IMG/VR virus record: IMGVR_UViG_3300045988_117360
Source: a virus
Strand: one strand, 5' to 3'
Length of the DNA: 41,813 nt
The translations under genes and the position numbers were made by a program. This document shows positions 18,766 to 25,617 of this stretch, in pieces. Each line of letters begins with the position of its first letter. Position 1 is the first letter of the stretch. Under the pieces are notes generated by a model, which made no database searches, was not told the DNA's origin, and saw only the letters and a list, made by a program, of their open reading frames with translations.

Positions 18766-18795
18766 GAAAAAGTCTAGAAAAGTTGGAAAAAGTGC

Positions 18796-18824
18796 TTGCA
18801 CTTTTAGGAAAGATAGTATATAAT
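18796..18824 (+). promoter_or_regulatory. early promoter module copy 2 (TTGCAC-17-TATAAT); no ORF downstream
   Basis: Same architecture as copy 1. It is followed by ATATATACATAAAAGAAAGAGG and then a TCTAG pentamer tract. Confidence 0.7.
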
Positions 18825-18862
18825 ATATACATAAAAGAAAGAGGTACTAGAAAGCACACTCA

Positions 18863-18887
18863 TCTAGTCTAGCCTAGTCTAGTCTAA
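18863..18887. repeat. five tandem pentamers TCTAG TCTAG CCTAG TCTAG TCTAA
   Basis: Read directly. Lies in the predicted transcript of promoter copy 2. Confidence 0.85.
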
Positions 18888-18943
18888 ACGAGGCAGGCCA
18901 AAACGGATTCGAGAAAAAAGTTCAAAAAATCTTAAAAAAACAG

Positions 18944-18972
18944 TTGCCTTTTTCACAAAAGTATTATATAAT
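18944..18972 (+). promoter_or_regulatory. early promoter module copy 3 (TTGCCT-17-TATAAT); no ORF downstream
   Basis: Same architecture. It is followed by ATAAGTGTAATAAGAAAGAAGGG and a CA/A-rich tract (18995..19020). Confidence 0.7.
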
Positions 18973-19042
18973 ATAAGTGTAATAAGAAAGAAGGGCACAC
19001 AACAAACACACAAAAAAAAATTAAAAAAATTCAAAAAAACAC

Positions 19043-19071
19043 TTGCACTTTTTGTAAAAGTATTATATAAT
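19043..19071 (+). promoter_or_regulatory. early promoter module copy 4 (TTGCAC-17-TATAAT) upstream of the first small early ORFs
   Basis: Same architecture. An A/CA-rich leader follows, then RBS AAAGGAAG and the ATG at 19167. Confidence 0.7.
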
Positions 19072-19166
19072 ATATACATAAGATAAAAAAAAAACAACAA
19101 CACATAACCTTATATATTATAATTTTTATAATATAAATAAAAACAAAAAAAAAGGAAGTAATCACA

Positions 19167-19346
19167 ATGAAAAAAATCTCTGAAAACCTTTACACAACAC
19201 TCTGCAACACAATCACATTCACCGAAGTATTAGGGGATGAAGATCTTGACCGCCCCTTACAAGATTTGGATACAGGGTATACTTACACACTCCGTGAAAT
19301 CTTAAAACAACTCAGTGAAGCTGTAGAAGAGGGGGTGATTGAATAA
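19167..19346 (+). CDS. small early protein (59 aa), not in the supplied ORF track
   Basis: ATG at 19167 with RBS AAAGGAAG. Translation is MKKISENLYTTLCNTITFTEVLGDEDLDRPLQDLDTGYTYTLREILKQLSEAVEEGVIE. Its TAA overlaps the next ATG (TAATG). Confidence 0.55.
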   Translation: MKKISENLYTTLCNTITFTEVLGDEDLDRPLQDLDTGYTYTLREILKQLSEAVEEGVIE

Positions 19347-19486
19347 TGACCCCTACAAACGAAAAACTTTGGTATACACTTGGACAGCTTCGCGGTAAAC
19401 TTAAACTTAAAGTCACAAACCCTGAAGACCTTCAAGAGTTACTTGAAACCTTAAACAAAGTTGAAGAAGCTTTACACGAAAACTAA
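19346..19486 (+). CDS. small early protein (46 aa), not in the supplied ORF track
   Basis: ATG overlaps the preceding stop. Translation is MTPTNEKLWYTLGQLRGKLKLKVTNPEDLQELLETLNKVEEALHEN. Confidence 0.5.
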   Translation: MTPTNEKLWYTLGQLRGKLKLKVTNPEDLQELLETLNKVEEALHEN

Positions 19487-19583
19487 GAGTCTAGGGGGTA
19501 CTCTTCAAAGCCCCCCACCAACCCTAACAAGGGTAACAAAATAAAAAATAATGGGTAGCGACCTACGCTGGAAGGAAATTATT

Positions 19584-20072
19584 ATGAAAAAGACAGAAAT
19601 GAACGTTGAAACACTCCGCACCTTATTTGAAGAACATCCCGCAGTAAGCTTGCGCACAGTTGCGAAAGAACTTGAAGTAAGCTACAACGCAATTCTCAAA
19701 GCTAGCAAAGCTCCGATTCCTGGTGAAGCTTATGACCCTGATGCAACCAACTACGATGCAATCTTCGTAACACTCTCTAAGAGAGACAAGCTCGATCAAG
19801 TATTGCAGCTGGACTGGGACGCAATGGAAGCAAAAGCACACACTACTCGTGGAACCTTGGTCAAGGACATTGCGCAATTCCCTGTAGGTAGCTTGGTGTA
19901 CTTGAGAGAAAACAACAGCACACCCTTTGAAGTCATTTACAAGACCGAAACCAGCATCGTAATTATGTTGCAGGGTACAAGTGAACCTAGAGTATTGAAG
20001 CACTCAACATTTCTCTTCAAGGGCCCCAGCTTTACTCCGCGCACTGTAGTTGCGGAAGATGCGGCCGAGTGA
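19584..20072 (+). CDS. early protein, paralogue of 23666..24280 (possible DNA-binding N-domain)
   Basis: I prefer the ATG at 19584 (RBS GGAAGGAAA) over the track start at 19551. The N-terminal block SLRTVAKELEVSYNAILKASKAPIPGEAYDPDATNYDAI aligns with TLKAIAMVFDLPPVRLYSVAKQPKEGEVYDAKVYNWDAI in the other protein. Confidence 0.6.
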   Translation: MKKTEMNVETLRTLFEEHPAVSLRTVAKELEVSYNAILKASKAPIPGEAYDPDATNYDAIFVTLSKRDKLDQVLQLDWDAMEAKAHTTRGTLVKDIAQFPVGSLVYLRENNSTPFEVIYKTETSIVIMLQGTSEPRVLKHSTFLFKGPSFTPRTVVAEDAAE

Positions 20073-20163
20073 GCTTCTACACTCTAGAGTTAGTACATAC
20101 AGTAACTAATGTATTAGTCAGCAAGACACAAAGGGTTCTCCAGACCTCTATATCCGAAAATCT

Positions 20164-20292
20164 TATATGACTAATACCCATATATGACTGATATATCTAT
20201 TTGTTTCTCAAATTTATAATAATAATAAATATAATATAAATAAATACAGAGTATTAGTGCTGTTAGTCATATATAGCTTTTAGTCGTATATG
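20164..20292. repeat. 12-13-bp iteron-like repeats in inverted pairs flanking a very AT-rich core (putative origin or operator region)
   Basis: TATATGACTAATA (20164) and TATATGACTGATA (20181) run in one orientation. TTAGTCATATATA (20263) and TTAGTCGTATATG (20280) run in the other. Weaker copies lie at 20112 and 20330. The 20196-20250 core is almost pure A/T. Confidence 0.6.
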
Positions 20293-20374
20293 TTTTTTGG
20301 ATATATACAAGCGAGAAAGTCTTCGTGTCTTAGCGACTAATAACAAAGTAACCAAAAATTTTTTAAAAAAGTAG

Positions 20375-20403
20375 TTGCCTTTTATCAAAAAATAGTATAT
20401 AAT
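20375..20403 (+). promoter_or_regulatory. early promoter module copy 5 (TTGCCT-17-TATAAT)
   Basis: Same architecture and the same downstream ATATATACATAAGATAAAAAA as copy 4. An A-rich leader runs to the ATG at 20486. Confidence 0.7.
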
Positions 20404-20485
20404 ATATACATAAGATAAAAAACACACACATTATCTTATTATCAAAAAAAAAAAAAATCTTATCAAAAAAAAGGAGTAAAAAATC

Positions 20486-20797
20486 ATGAAACTTACTAAC
20501 CACATCTCTAATCCGGGTCAAATCAAAGGTCGTCCTTACAATGCATTACATCCCGAACTCAGCATTAAAGAAGACTACCGCAGAGGTTCATATTACGTTA
20601 AGCACATACATCAAATAGACACAATGCTTAAATTGTATATGGTATTCAAAGACAACCCCGATCCTAAGCGCAACTGTCGCGGTAACTCAACATTACATAT
20701 GTGTGCAGAGGGTTCTACCGCAGCACATACCGCAGAAGAAGCATTACAAGATTGTATTGATTGGATAGATCACAGAAGATGCTTCAAAACTAAATAA
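20486..20797 (+). CDS. hypothetical early protein
   Basis: 103-aa ORF with RBS AAAGGAG. Confidence 0.6.
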   Translation: MKLTNHISNPGQIKGRPYNALHPELSIKEDYRRGSYYVKHIHQIDTMLKLYMVFKDNPDPKRNCRGNSTLHMCAEGSTAAHTAEEALQDCIDWIDHRRCFKTK

Positions 20798-20886
20798 TCA
20801 ATCAACTAACTAAGTGCACCTGATCTACTACTCACATAAAACTAAAATACGTGAGTAGTAAACAGGGCACACAGGAGGACATACAG

Positions 20887-21117
20887 ATGACTAAAAAACA
20901 ATGTGAATCAAAAATCCGTACTCTTATGGAATGCATCAAAGAGACCTACCAGCATTACCGGGGTGATTGTAAATACCTGTCCTTACTAATCATAGACGGT
21001 GACATAGAGTTCCATAATAGATACTATGGTGAAGATTCGGATTTCCCAATAGACCACTACAGCCGCCGCGACCGTACTGCAGCACGCACGCAGTCAAAGG
21101 AGGACGAAGATGCTTGA
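20887..21117 (+). CDS. hypothetical early protein
   Basis: I prefer the ATG at 20887 (RBS AGGAGG 7 nt upstream) over the GTG at 20851 in the track. Confidence 0.55.
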   Translation: MTKKQCESKIRTLMECIKETYQHYRGDCKYLSLLIIDGDIEFHNRYYGEDSDFPIDHYSRRDRTAARTQSKEDEDA

Positions 21118-21322
21118 GTACAGGATACGCACCTTGAAAAAGATACAAGAGTTTCTAAGAGAGAGCTTAGACGAAGAAGACTACGATTACCTGTGCAACC
21201 TTCTTCCGGAGGAAGCTACAGAGGAGGACCTGGAATATGTTGCAGAGAAGGAAGCATTGTACTCTGACATCTGCGATCTGTTTACTGAACACATAGCTAG
21301 AGGGGGTTGGAGAGATCTGTGA
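21110..21322 (+). CDS. small acidic protein
   Basis: 70 aa, rich in Asp/Glu (ESLDEEDYDYLCNLLPEEATEEDLEY), RBS AAGGAGGA. Confidence 0.6.
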   Translation: MLEYRIRTLKKIQEFLRESLDEEDYDYLCNLLPEEATEEDLEYVAEKEALYSDICDLFTEHIARGGWRDL

Positions 21323-21402
21323 TATGCTTTTTAATTGCATTCTTTATTCGTCTTATTTCACAACTATTCTTTCACAATGATTATTAATTTGGAGGTATTA
21401 AT

Positions 21403-22077
21403 ATGTATATGTCAATAGATGAAATGCGCGAAGCGCTTATAGATCACCCTAAATATAGAGATGGGCGTAAATGGAGGCAAAAAGTTACGAAAATGCCTGA
21501 CAATCAAGTATTTGCTATCTACAAAAGAATGGAAGGTGCAGGAGATTTCGACGATTATATAACCTTCGATGACTGGTATGACTCCTCGCGAAGAGAGCGT
21601 GATGAGTTTGAGTTTGCAGACAGCTTGCAAAGCTTAGTAGAATCTCACTACGATGTAGCTGAGTTCTTCGAGGAACCTTCAGTTCAAGGGTTCCAGGGTA
21701 GTGATTTCGTACAGATAACATTATCAAATGGAAGTAACTACGAGTTTGAATTTGACTGGGAAGATGAGCTGTGCAATATCTACCAGGGCAGCCCTAAAGC
21801 AGCAGCAAAGGCATACTTTCAAGAAATTAAACAAGGCATTGATGGTGCAGATTCAACTACACCTACATCAGATGAAGACTTTGAAGATCCACTTGAAGCT
21901 GCAAAGCAGTCCTTTGAATCTGGACATTATGCTGATGAGACTGTCTTCAAGACTGCAGAGGACTATGCTCGGTATCTTGAGTATATGTATTTAGGGCCTG
22001 AAGGTTTCTACGAAGAGTTCAAGGACGCACTTGATTTTGATGAGATGTTTGTTGAGGCGTATGACTATGATGAGTAA
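21403..22077 (+). CDS. highly acidic, aromatic-rich protein (DNA-mimic candidate)
   Basis: 224 aa with long D/E/F/Y-rich stretches (DDWYDSSRRERDEFEFAD..., EFEFDWEDE..., DALDFDEMFVEAYDYDE). RBS GGAGG. Confidence 0.6.
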   Translation: MYMSIDEMREALIDHPKYRDGRKWRQKVTKMPDNQVFAIYKRMEGAGDFDDYITFDDWYDSSRRERDEFEFADSLQSLVESHYDVAEFFEEPSVQGFQGSDFVQITLSNGSNYEFEFDWEDELCNIYQGSPKAAAKAYFQEIKQGIDGADSTTPTSDEDFEDPLEAAKQSFESGHYADETVFKTAEDYARYLEYMYLGPEGFYEEFKDALDFDEMFVEAYDYDE

Positions 22078-22261
22078 AGACAGGCTGTGCAACTTACTTC
22101 GAAGAAGTGTTGCTGTGATTACGCGTCGTAGATGCGAGAAGTGCGTCCATTGGTATCCTTGGCAGGATAATTACGGATATTGTGAATTAGCAATGTCAGA
22201 TCCAAAAAGATACAATGAGTGTATTGATAGTATTTTTCCGAAAGGTTGGTGTGGTAAGTGA
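22067..22261 (+). CDS. small Cys-rich (zinc-ribbon-like) protein
   Basis: Start trimmed from the track's 22031 to the ATG at 22067 (GAGG 8 nt upstream). The start is uncertain: 22061 and 22070 are also possible. Contains RRCEKCVHW...YCEL. Confidence 0.5.
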   Translation: MMSKDRLCNLLRRSVAVITRRRCEKCVHWYPWQDNYGYCELAMSDPKRYNECIDSIFPKGWCGK

Positions 22262-22272
22262 TTATTAAGACA

Positions 22273-22434
22273 ATGCTAGAGTTTACTGCTGTGATTCTAT
22301 TGATATACGGCTATACTAAGGAAGAAAAGTTTATACAGGTAGAGCAGGATATGCGAGACATATACAAAGCGTGTAAAGCTCAGCACATTGGACCGTTAAA
22401 GCTATATAGAATGTATAAGGAGAGATATAAATGA
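22273..22434 (+). CDS. small hypothetical protein (53 aa), not in the supplied ORF track
   Basis: Translation is MLEFTAVILLIYGYTKEEKFIQVEQDMRDIYKACKAQHIGPLKLYRMYKERYK. Its TGA overlaps the next ATG (ATGA). Confidence 0.45.
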   Translation: MLEFTAVILLIYGYTKEEKFIQVEQDMRDIYKACKAQHIGPLKLYRMYKERYK

Positions 22435-22706
22435 ACACGAATGAACCCGCAGAGGTATTAAGAAGGTATGCCGCAGAGCATCAAATACAAAATTATGAGA
22501 TTATGGAAGTACCTGCAGCAGATGTACAAGTAGGGGATATTGTTACAATACAACCTGCGTGCTATGATGATTTGTGGCGCTTTGCTAGAGAAGTGAAAGA
22601 ACCGGTCACATCTTTCAGCTGTGGAAAGTGCAAGGGTTGGGATATTTGCAATTTCATATTTGGAATAGATGAAAATGTTCAGGTTTTACGGAGGGCAAAG
22701 GTATGA
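22431..22706 (+). CDS. hypothetical protein
   Basis: 91-aa ORF with RBS AAGGAGAG. Confidence 0.6.
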   Translation: MNTNEPAEVLRRYAAEHQIQNYEIMEVPAADVQVGDIVTIQPACYDDLWRFAREVKEPVTSFSCGKCKGWDICNFIFGIDENVQVLRRAKV

Positions 22707-22870
22707 TGTCTCCTTGTAAAGATTGCGCAGAAAGATCAATAAGCTGTCACGCAAAGTGTAGAGATTACAAGCTCTATCAAGCTTACTGTGCACATCGACG
22801 AGAAGTAAAGTCGCGACAGAATCAGATTGAAGCAGATTATAACGCTGTAATACGGAGGAAGTATCGATAA
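22703..22870 (+). CDS. small Cys-rich protein (55 aa), not in the supplied ORF track
   Basis: Translation is MMSPCKDCAERSISCHAKCRDYKLYQAYCAHRREVKSRQNQIEADYNAVIRRKYR. Coupled to both neighbours by ATGA and TAATG overlaps. Confidence 0.5.
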   Translation: MMSPCKDCAERSISCHAKCRDYKLYQAYCAHRREVKSRQNQIEADYNAVIRRKYR

Positions 22871-23514
22871 TGTCTACGTGTGTATGTCCTCAAGGGTTGT
22901 TGCATTTGGAGGACAGTCTAGACGAGTATATTACAAGAGAGATACATTTAAATGCATCTGCGCCGGGATTGCTACACTTGAAGGAAGTTAGCATTCAGTA
23001 CGGTATGGACGTTAAAGATATAGTCGATGTACGTTTTAACTTGGCTAGATATGTACCCTTTAAGCTGGGTGGCTGTAATGCTAACTTAAGATGTTGCGGT
23101 CAGTGTATGAAGCGATGTACTAAGAGATGCGTTCAAGATGTGCTATACAGATTCTATATGATGTTAAATGGACCTGATAGTAACGTGTACACAATAGCTG
23201 CTAAAGGATTGCAGAAGCGCGAGCATATTACTTATGAGCAAGTTAGACTGCTAGTAGAGGATCAGCTGTGTATCAAATCTCATAAGCAGCTTCGAAGGTA
23301 TTCAGAGAACTTTTATAACGTAGCTAACTTTGCGGAGAATCCGTACAGATATGACTACGAACCTAGAAAGCTAATGGATACAAATGGTCCTGTTATCGAT
23401 ACAATAACTCACGAGGTGCAACTGCAGGACTGGCCTGATTCAGGACTGTGTCCCTACTGCTTACCTTCTAGAATGGTAATTCGTCGAAGGTCTGAGAAGG
23501 ACAGGCGTGGCTAA
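22870..23514 (+). CDS. hypothetical Cys-rich protein
   Basis: 214-aa ORF with an internal duplicated motif (GLLHLEDS / GLLHLKEV) and the cluster CCGQCMKRCTKRC. Confidence 0.6.
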   Translation: MSTCVCPQGLLHLEDSLDEYITREIHLNASAPGLLHLKEVSIQYGMDVKDIVDVRFNLARYVPFKLGGCNANLRCCGQCMKRCTKRCVQDVLYRFYMMLNGPDSNVYTIAAKGLQKREHITYEQVRLLVEDQLCIKSHKQLRRYSENFYNVANFAENPYRYDYEPRKLMDTNGPVIDTITHEVQLQDWPDSGLCPYCLPSRMVIRRRSEKDRRG

Positions 23515-23588
23515 GTTTTTTGGCTTTAATGCATTGTCTGGCTATTAGTTTTTTAGAAAAAAAAAATTGAAATTTTTTCAAAAAACAG

Positions 23589-23617
23589 TTGCACTTTGCA
23601 AAAAAATATTATATAAT
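23589..23617 (+). promoter_or_regulatory. early promoter module copy 6 (TTGCAC-17-TATAAT)
   Basis: Same architecture with an upstream A/T tract. It lies inside the 5' extension of track ORF 23567, which is why that start was rejected. Confidence 0.7.
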
Positions 23618-23665
23618 ATATATGTAGATAAGAGCTACAAAATAAAAAAATTTGGAGGTTTTACA

Positions 23666-24280
23666 ATGTCAGAACTTAACGAAATGCAGCAGATTATGGA
23701 GGAAAAGGGTACACCTACGCTTAAAGCTATTGCAATGGTGTTTGACTTACCCCCGGTACGTTTGTACAGCGTAGCAAAACAGCCTAAAGAAGGTGAAGTT
23801 TACGACGCAAAGGTCTACAACTGGGACGCCATTGAGCGTTTCGTAACACGTAGATTGGAGCCGGATACTAATCACGACTCTCTTGAAAGCGTAGTTGCAG
23901 CGGCTCTTGAGCTGGATGAAGAGCTTAAATTAAAGGACGGCCGTAGAAGTGCTAATAAGGGTACATCTAACCGTACTATAGAGGTAGACGGCAAGTCTAT
24001 AGCTGCGAGAAAGTTTTCAACGTTTGAGCAGGATGCTGGAAAGTTTATTTGCTTAAAATCGGATCCGAGAGTGTACATGATTGTATATCAGACCCAGTCT
24101 CACACCGTGCTTGTTCCGGTAAGCGATGCGGAAGGTACAATTGCTTCTCAGGATGTTAAGGCTATTTCAAACGGTATGCTGAATCTTAAAGGCATTGGTC
24201 CCGGTGCTATCGATGACGCTGTTGCAGAGCGCTTTGAAGCTATGGAAACAGCAGACGCACAGGAAGCAGATGCAGAGTAA
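23666..24280 (+). CDS. early protein, paralogue of 19584..20072
   Basis: ATG at 23666 with RBS GGAGG. See the alignment block under 19584..20072. Acidic C-terminus. Confidence 0.65.
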   Translation: MSELNEMQQIMEEKGTPTLKAIAMVFDLPPVRLYSVAKQPKEGEVYDAKVYNWDAIERFVTRRLEPDTNHDSLESVVAAALELDEELKLKDGRRSANKGTSNRTIEVDGKSIAARKFSTFEQDAGKFICLKSDPRVYMIVYQTQSHTVLVPVSDAEGTIASQDVKAISNGMLNLKGIGPGAIDDAVAERFEAMETADAQEADAE

Positions 24281-24290
24281 TTTTTAAATT

Positions 24291-24318
24291 AGGCCCGGCA
24301 TTGTCGGGCTTAATTGTT
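24291..24318 (+). terminator. rho-independent terminator-like hairpin
   Basis: AGGCCCG-GCATTGT-CGGGCTT stem-loop followed by a T-rich TAATTGTT, 10 nt after the stop codon. Confidence 0.5.
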
Positions 24319-24364
24319 AGAGTACCTATAGTACTGATTTTATAAGACAGAAAGGTAGAGTAAT

Positions 24365-24595
24365 ATGAAAAATGCAATCGTAATTAAGGTTAGAGAAACT
24401 AATGAATCTTTAGCGCTGGATATTCAGACTGATGTGAATATTACAGATCATTCAAAGTACTTAATCTTGTTGAGCTTAATGAGGTCGTTAGAGATGTCTG
24501 TAGACTGGATGAACAAAAAACAGGTAGACGCATTTTCTTTAAAAATGCTCCTGGCTTCAGCGTTTAGTTCCAAGGAGGAAGTTAATGAAGATTGA
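24365..24595 (+). CDS. hypothetical protein
   Basis: 76-aa ORF overlapping the nuclease gene start. Confidence 0.55.
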   Translation: MKNAIVIKVRETNESLALDIQTDVNITDHSKYLILLSLMRSLEMSVDWMNKKQVDAFSLKMLLASAFSSKEEVNED

Positions 24596-25487
24596 CGTTT
24601 CTGAGGTTAAAACCTTTAAGAATTGTAGAAGGCAGTGGCTGTTCACATCTAGAAATAGATATCATTTAAGAGCCAAGGCACCCTCATCTGCACTACATAC
24701 TGGAACACTTTTTCACGAAGCACTGCACGCTTTATATCTAGGAAGCGAGCTAAATAAGGTAATGGAGTGGGTACGTCGAGAGATGATAAACGACGGAGAC
24801 ACCTGTTTATTAGCGATGATTCCAGGTTACTATAAGAATGTGCTTGAGGCAGATTTGGAAAGATTTCAGGTACTCGACATTGAGCATAAGTTTGAGATAC
24901 AGCCTTTGGAAGGTGTAGATATTCAAATTTGCGGATCTATTGATATGATTGTTGTGGACAAGGCTACGAAGGAGATCTTCGGGTTTGAGCATAAAACTGC
25001 TAAGAATTTCAGGGATACGAGCTTTCTTTGGATGGACGAGCAGCCAAGAGTGTACACAGTGGCATTACAGCAGTATGTAGATCAGCTAAATGCTAAGCAG
25101 TACGAGGAATGGCAGGCTGCAGGAGCTTCGGCAGAGGCAAAGCCTGCTCCGTATAAGCTTGGAGGTATTTATATCAATGAAGTTAAAAAGCTACTGCGAG
25201 ATTTTAAATACCAGCGTACACTGTGTACATACCCTGAAGAAGATTTGCAAAATTTCTTCGAGAAATTTTTAGGTACTTGCTGTGCTATACAGCATGTAGC
25301 GACTTCGTCAGAAGATGTAACTCCTACTCCAAGCTACTTTAGTTGCAGTATATGTGCGTTTCGCGGCGTGTGTGAGACCTATATGTATCGTAACGTTTCA
25401 AAAGATGAAATACTTAAGGAGTTTTCAGAGGAGTTTGAGGAGAGAGACATCGATCATTTAGATGAGAAGGTGGAGAGAAATGCTTGA
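24585..25487 (+). CDS. PD-(D/E)XK exonuclease, Cas4/RecB-like with an Fe-S cysteine set
   Basis: GSIDMIVVD...FGFEHKT matches the D..(D/E)xK core. An N-terminal Cys (KNCRRQW) plus C-terminal CSICAFRGVC resembles the Cas4-type 4-Cys arrangement. Confidence 0.75.
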   Translation: MKIDVSEVKTFKNCRRQWLFTSRNRYHLRAKAPSSALHTGTLFHEALHALYLGSELNKVMEWVRREMINDGDTCLLAMIPGYYKNVLEADLERFQVLDIEHKFEIQPLEGVDIQICGSIDMIVVDKATKEIFGFEHKTAKNFRDTSFLWMDEQPRVYTVALQQYVDQLNAKQYEEWQAAGASAEAKPAPYKLGGIYINEVKKLLRDFKYQRTLCTYPEEDLQNFFEKFLGTCCAIQHVATSSEDVTPTPSYFSCSICAFRGVCETYMYRNVSKDEILKEFSEEFEERDIDHLDEKVERNA

Positions 25488-25617
25488 TGCTGAATGGATT
25501 GTAAAGGCTGTAGAGCTTATCAGAGAAGGTGTTGCTTCTCGTGTAGAGAAGAATGGGGTAGTTGTGTATAGGTGCGGTACAATAATTAGAGTAGACATTA
25601 AGGAGGAAAGGATATGA
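25480..25617 (+). CDS. small hypothetical protein (45 aa), not in the supplied ORF track
   Basis: Translation is MLDAEWIVKAVELIREGVASRVEKNGVVVYRCGTIIRVDIKEERI. It bridges the two flanking genes with overlapping start and stop signals. Confidence 0.4.
   Translation: MLDAEWIVKAVELIREGVASRVEKNGVVVYRCGTIIRVDIKEERI

Noticed and set aside
18400-18900. CRISPR array, or CRISPR-repeat or type III antitoxin mimic, in the repeat-rich intergenic region
   Set aside because: Repeat units are only 4-8 nt with no repeat-spacer alternation. I could not find any 28-37-nt or ~36-nt periodic unit or a recognisable CRISPR-repeat hairpin. It is kept only as a hypothesis to test, not as a call.
18879-19103. Track ORF 18879..19103 (-, 74 aa, Phe/Leu-rich)
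   Set aside because: It is the antisense reading of the A-rich promoter modules (poly-T codons), has no RBS and lies within the promoter stack.
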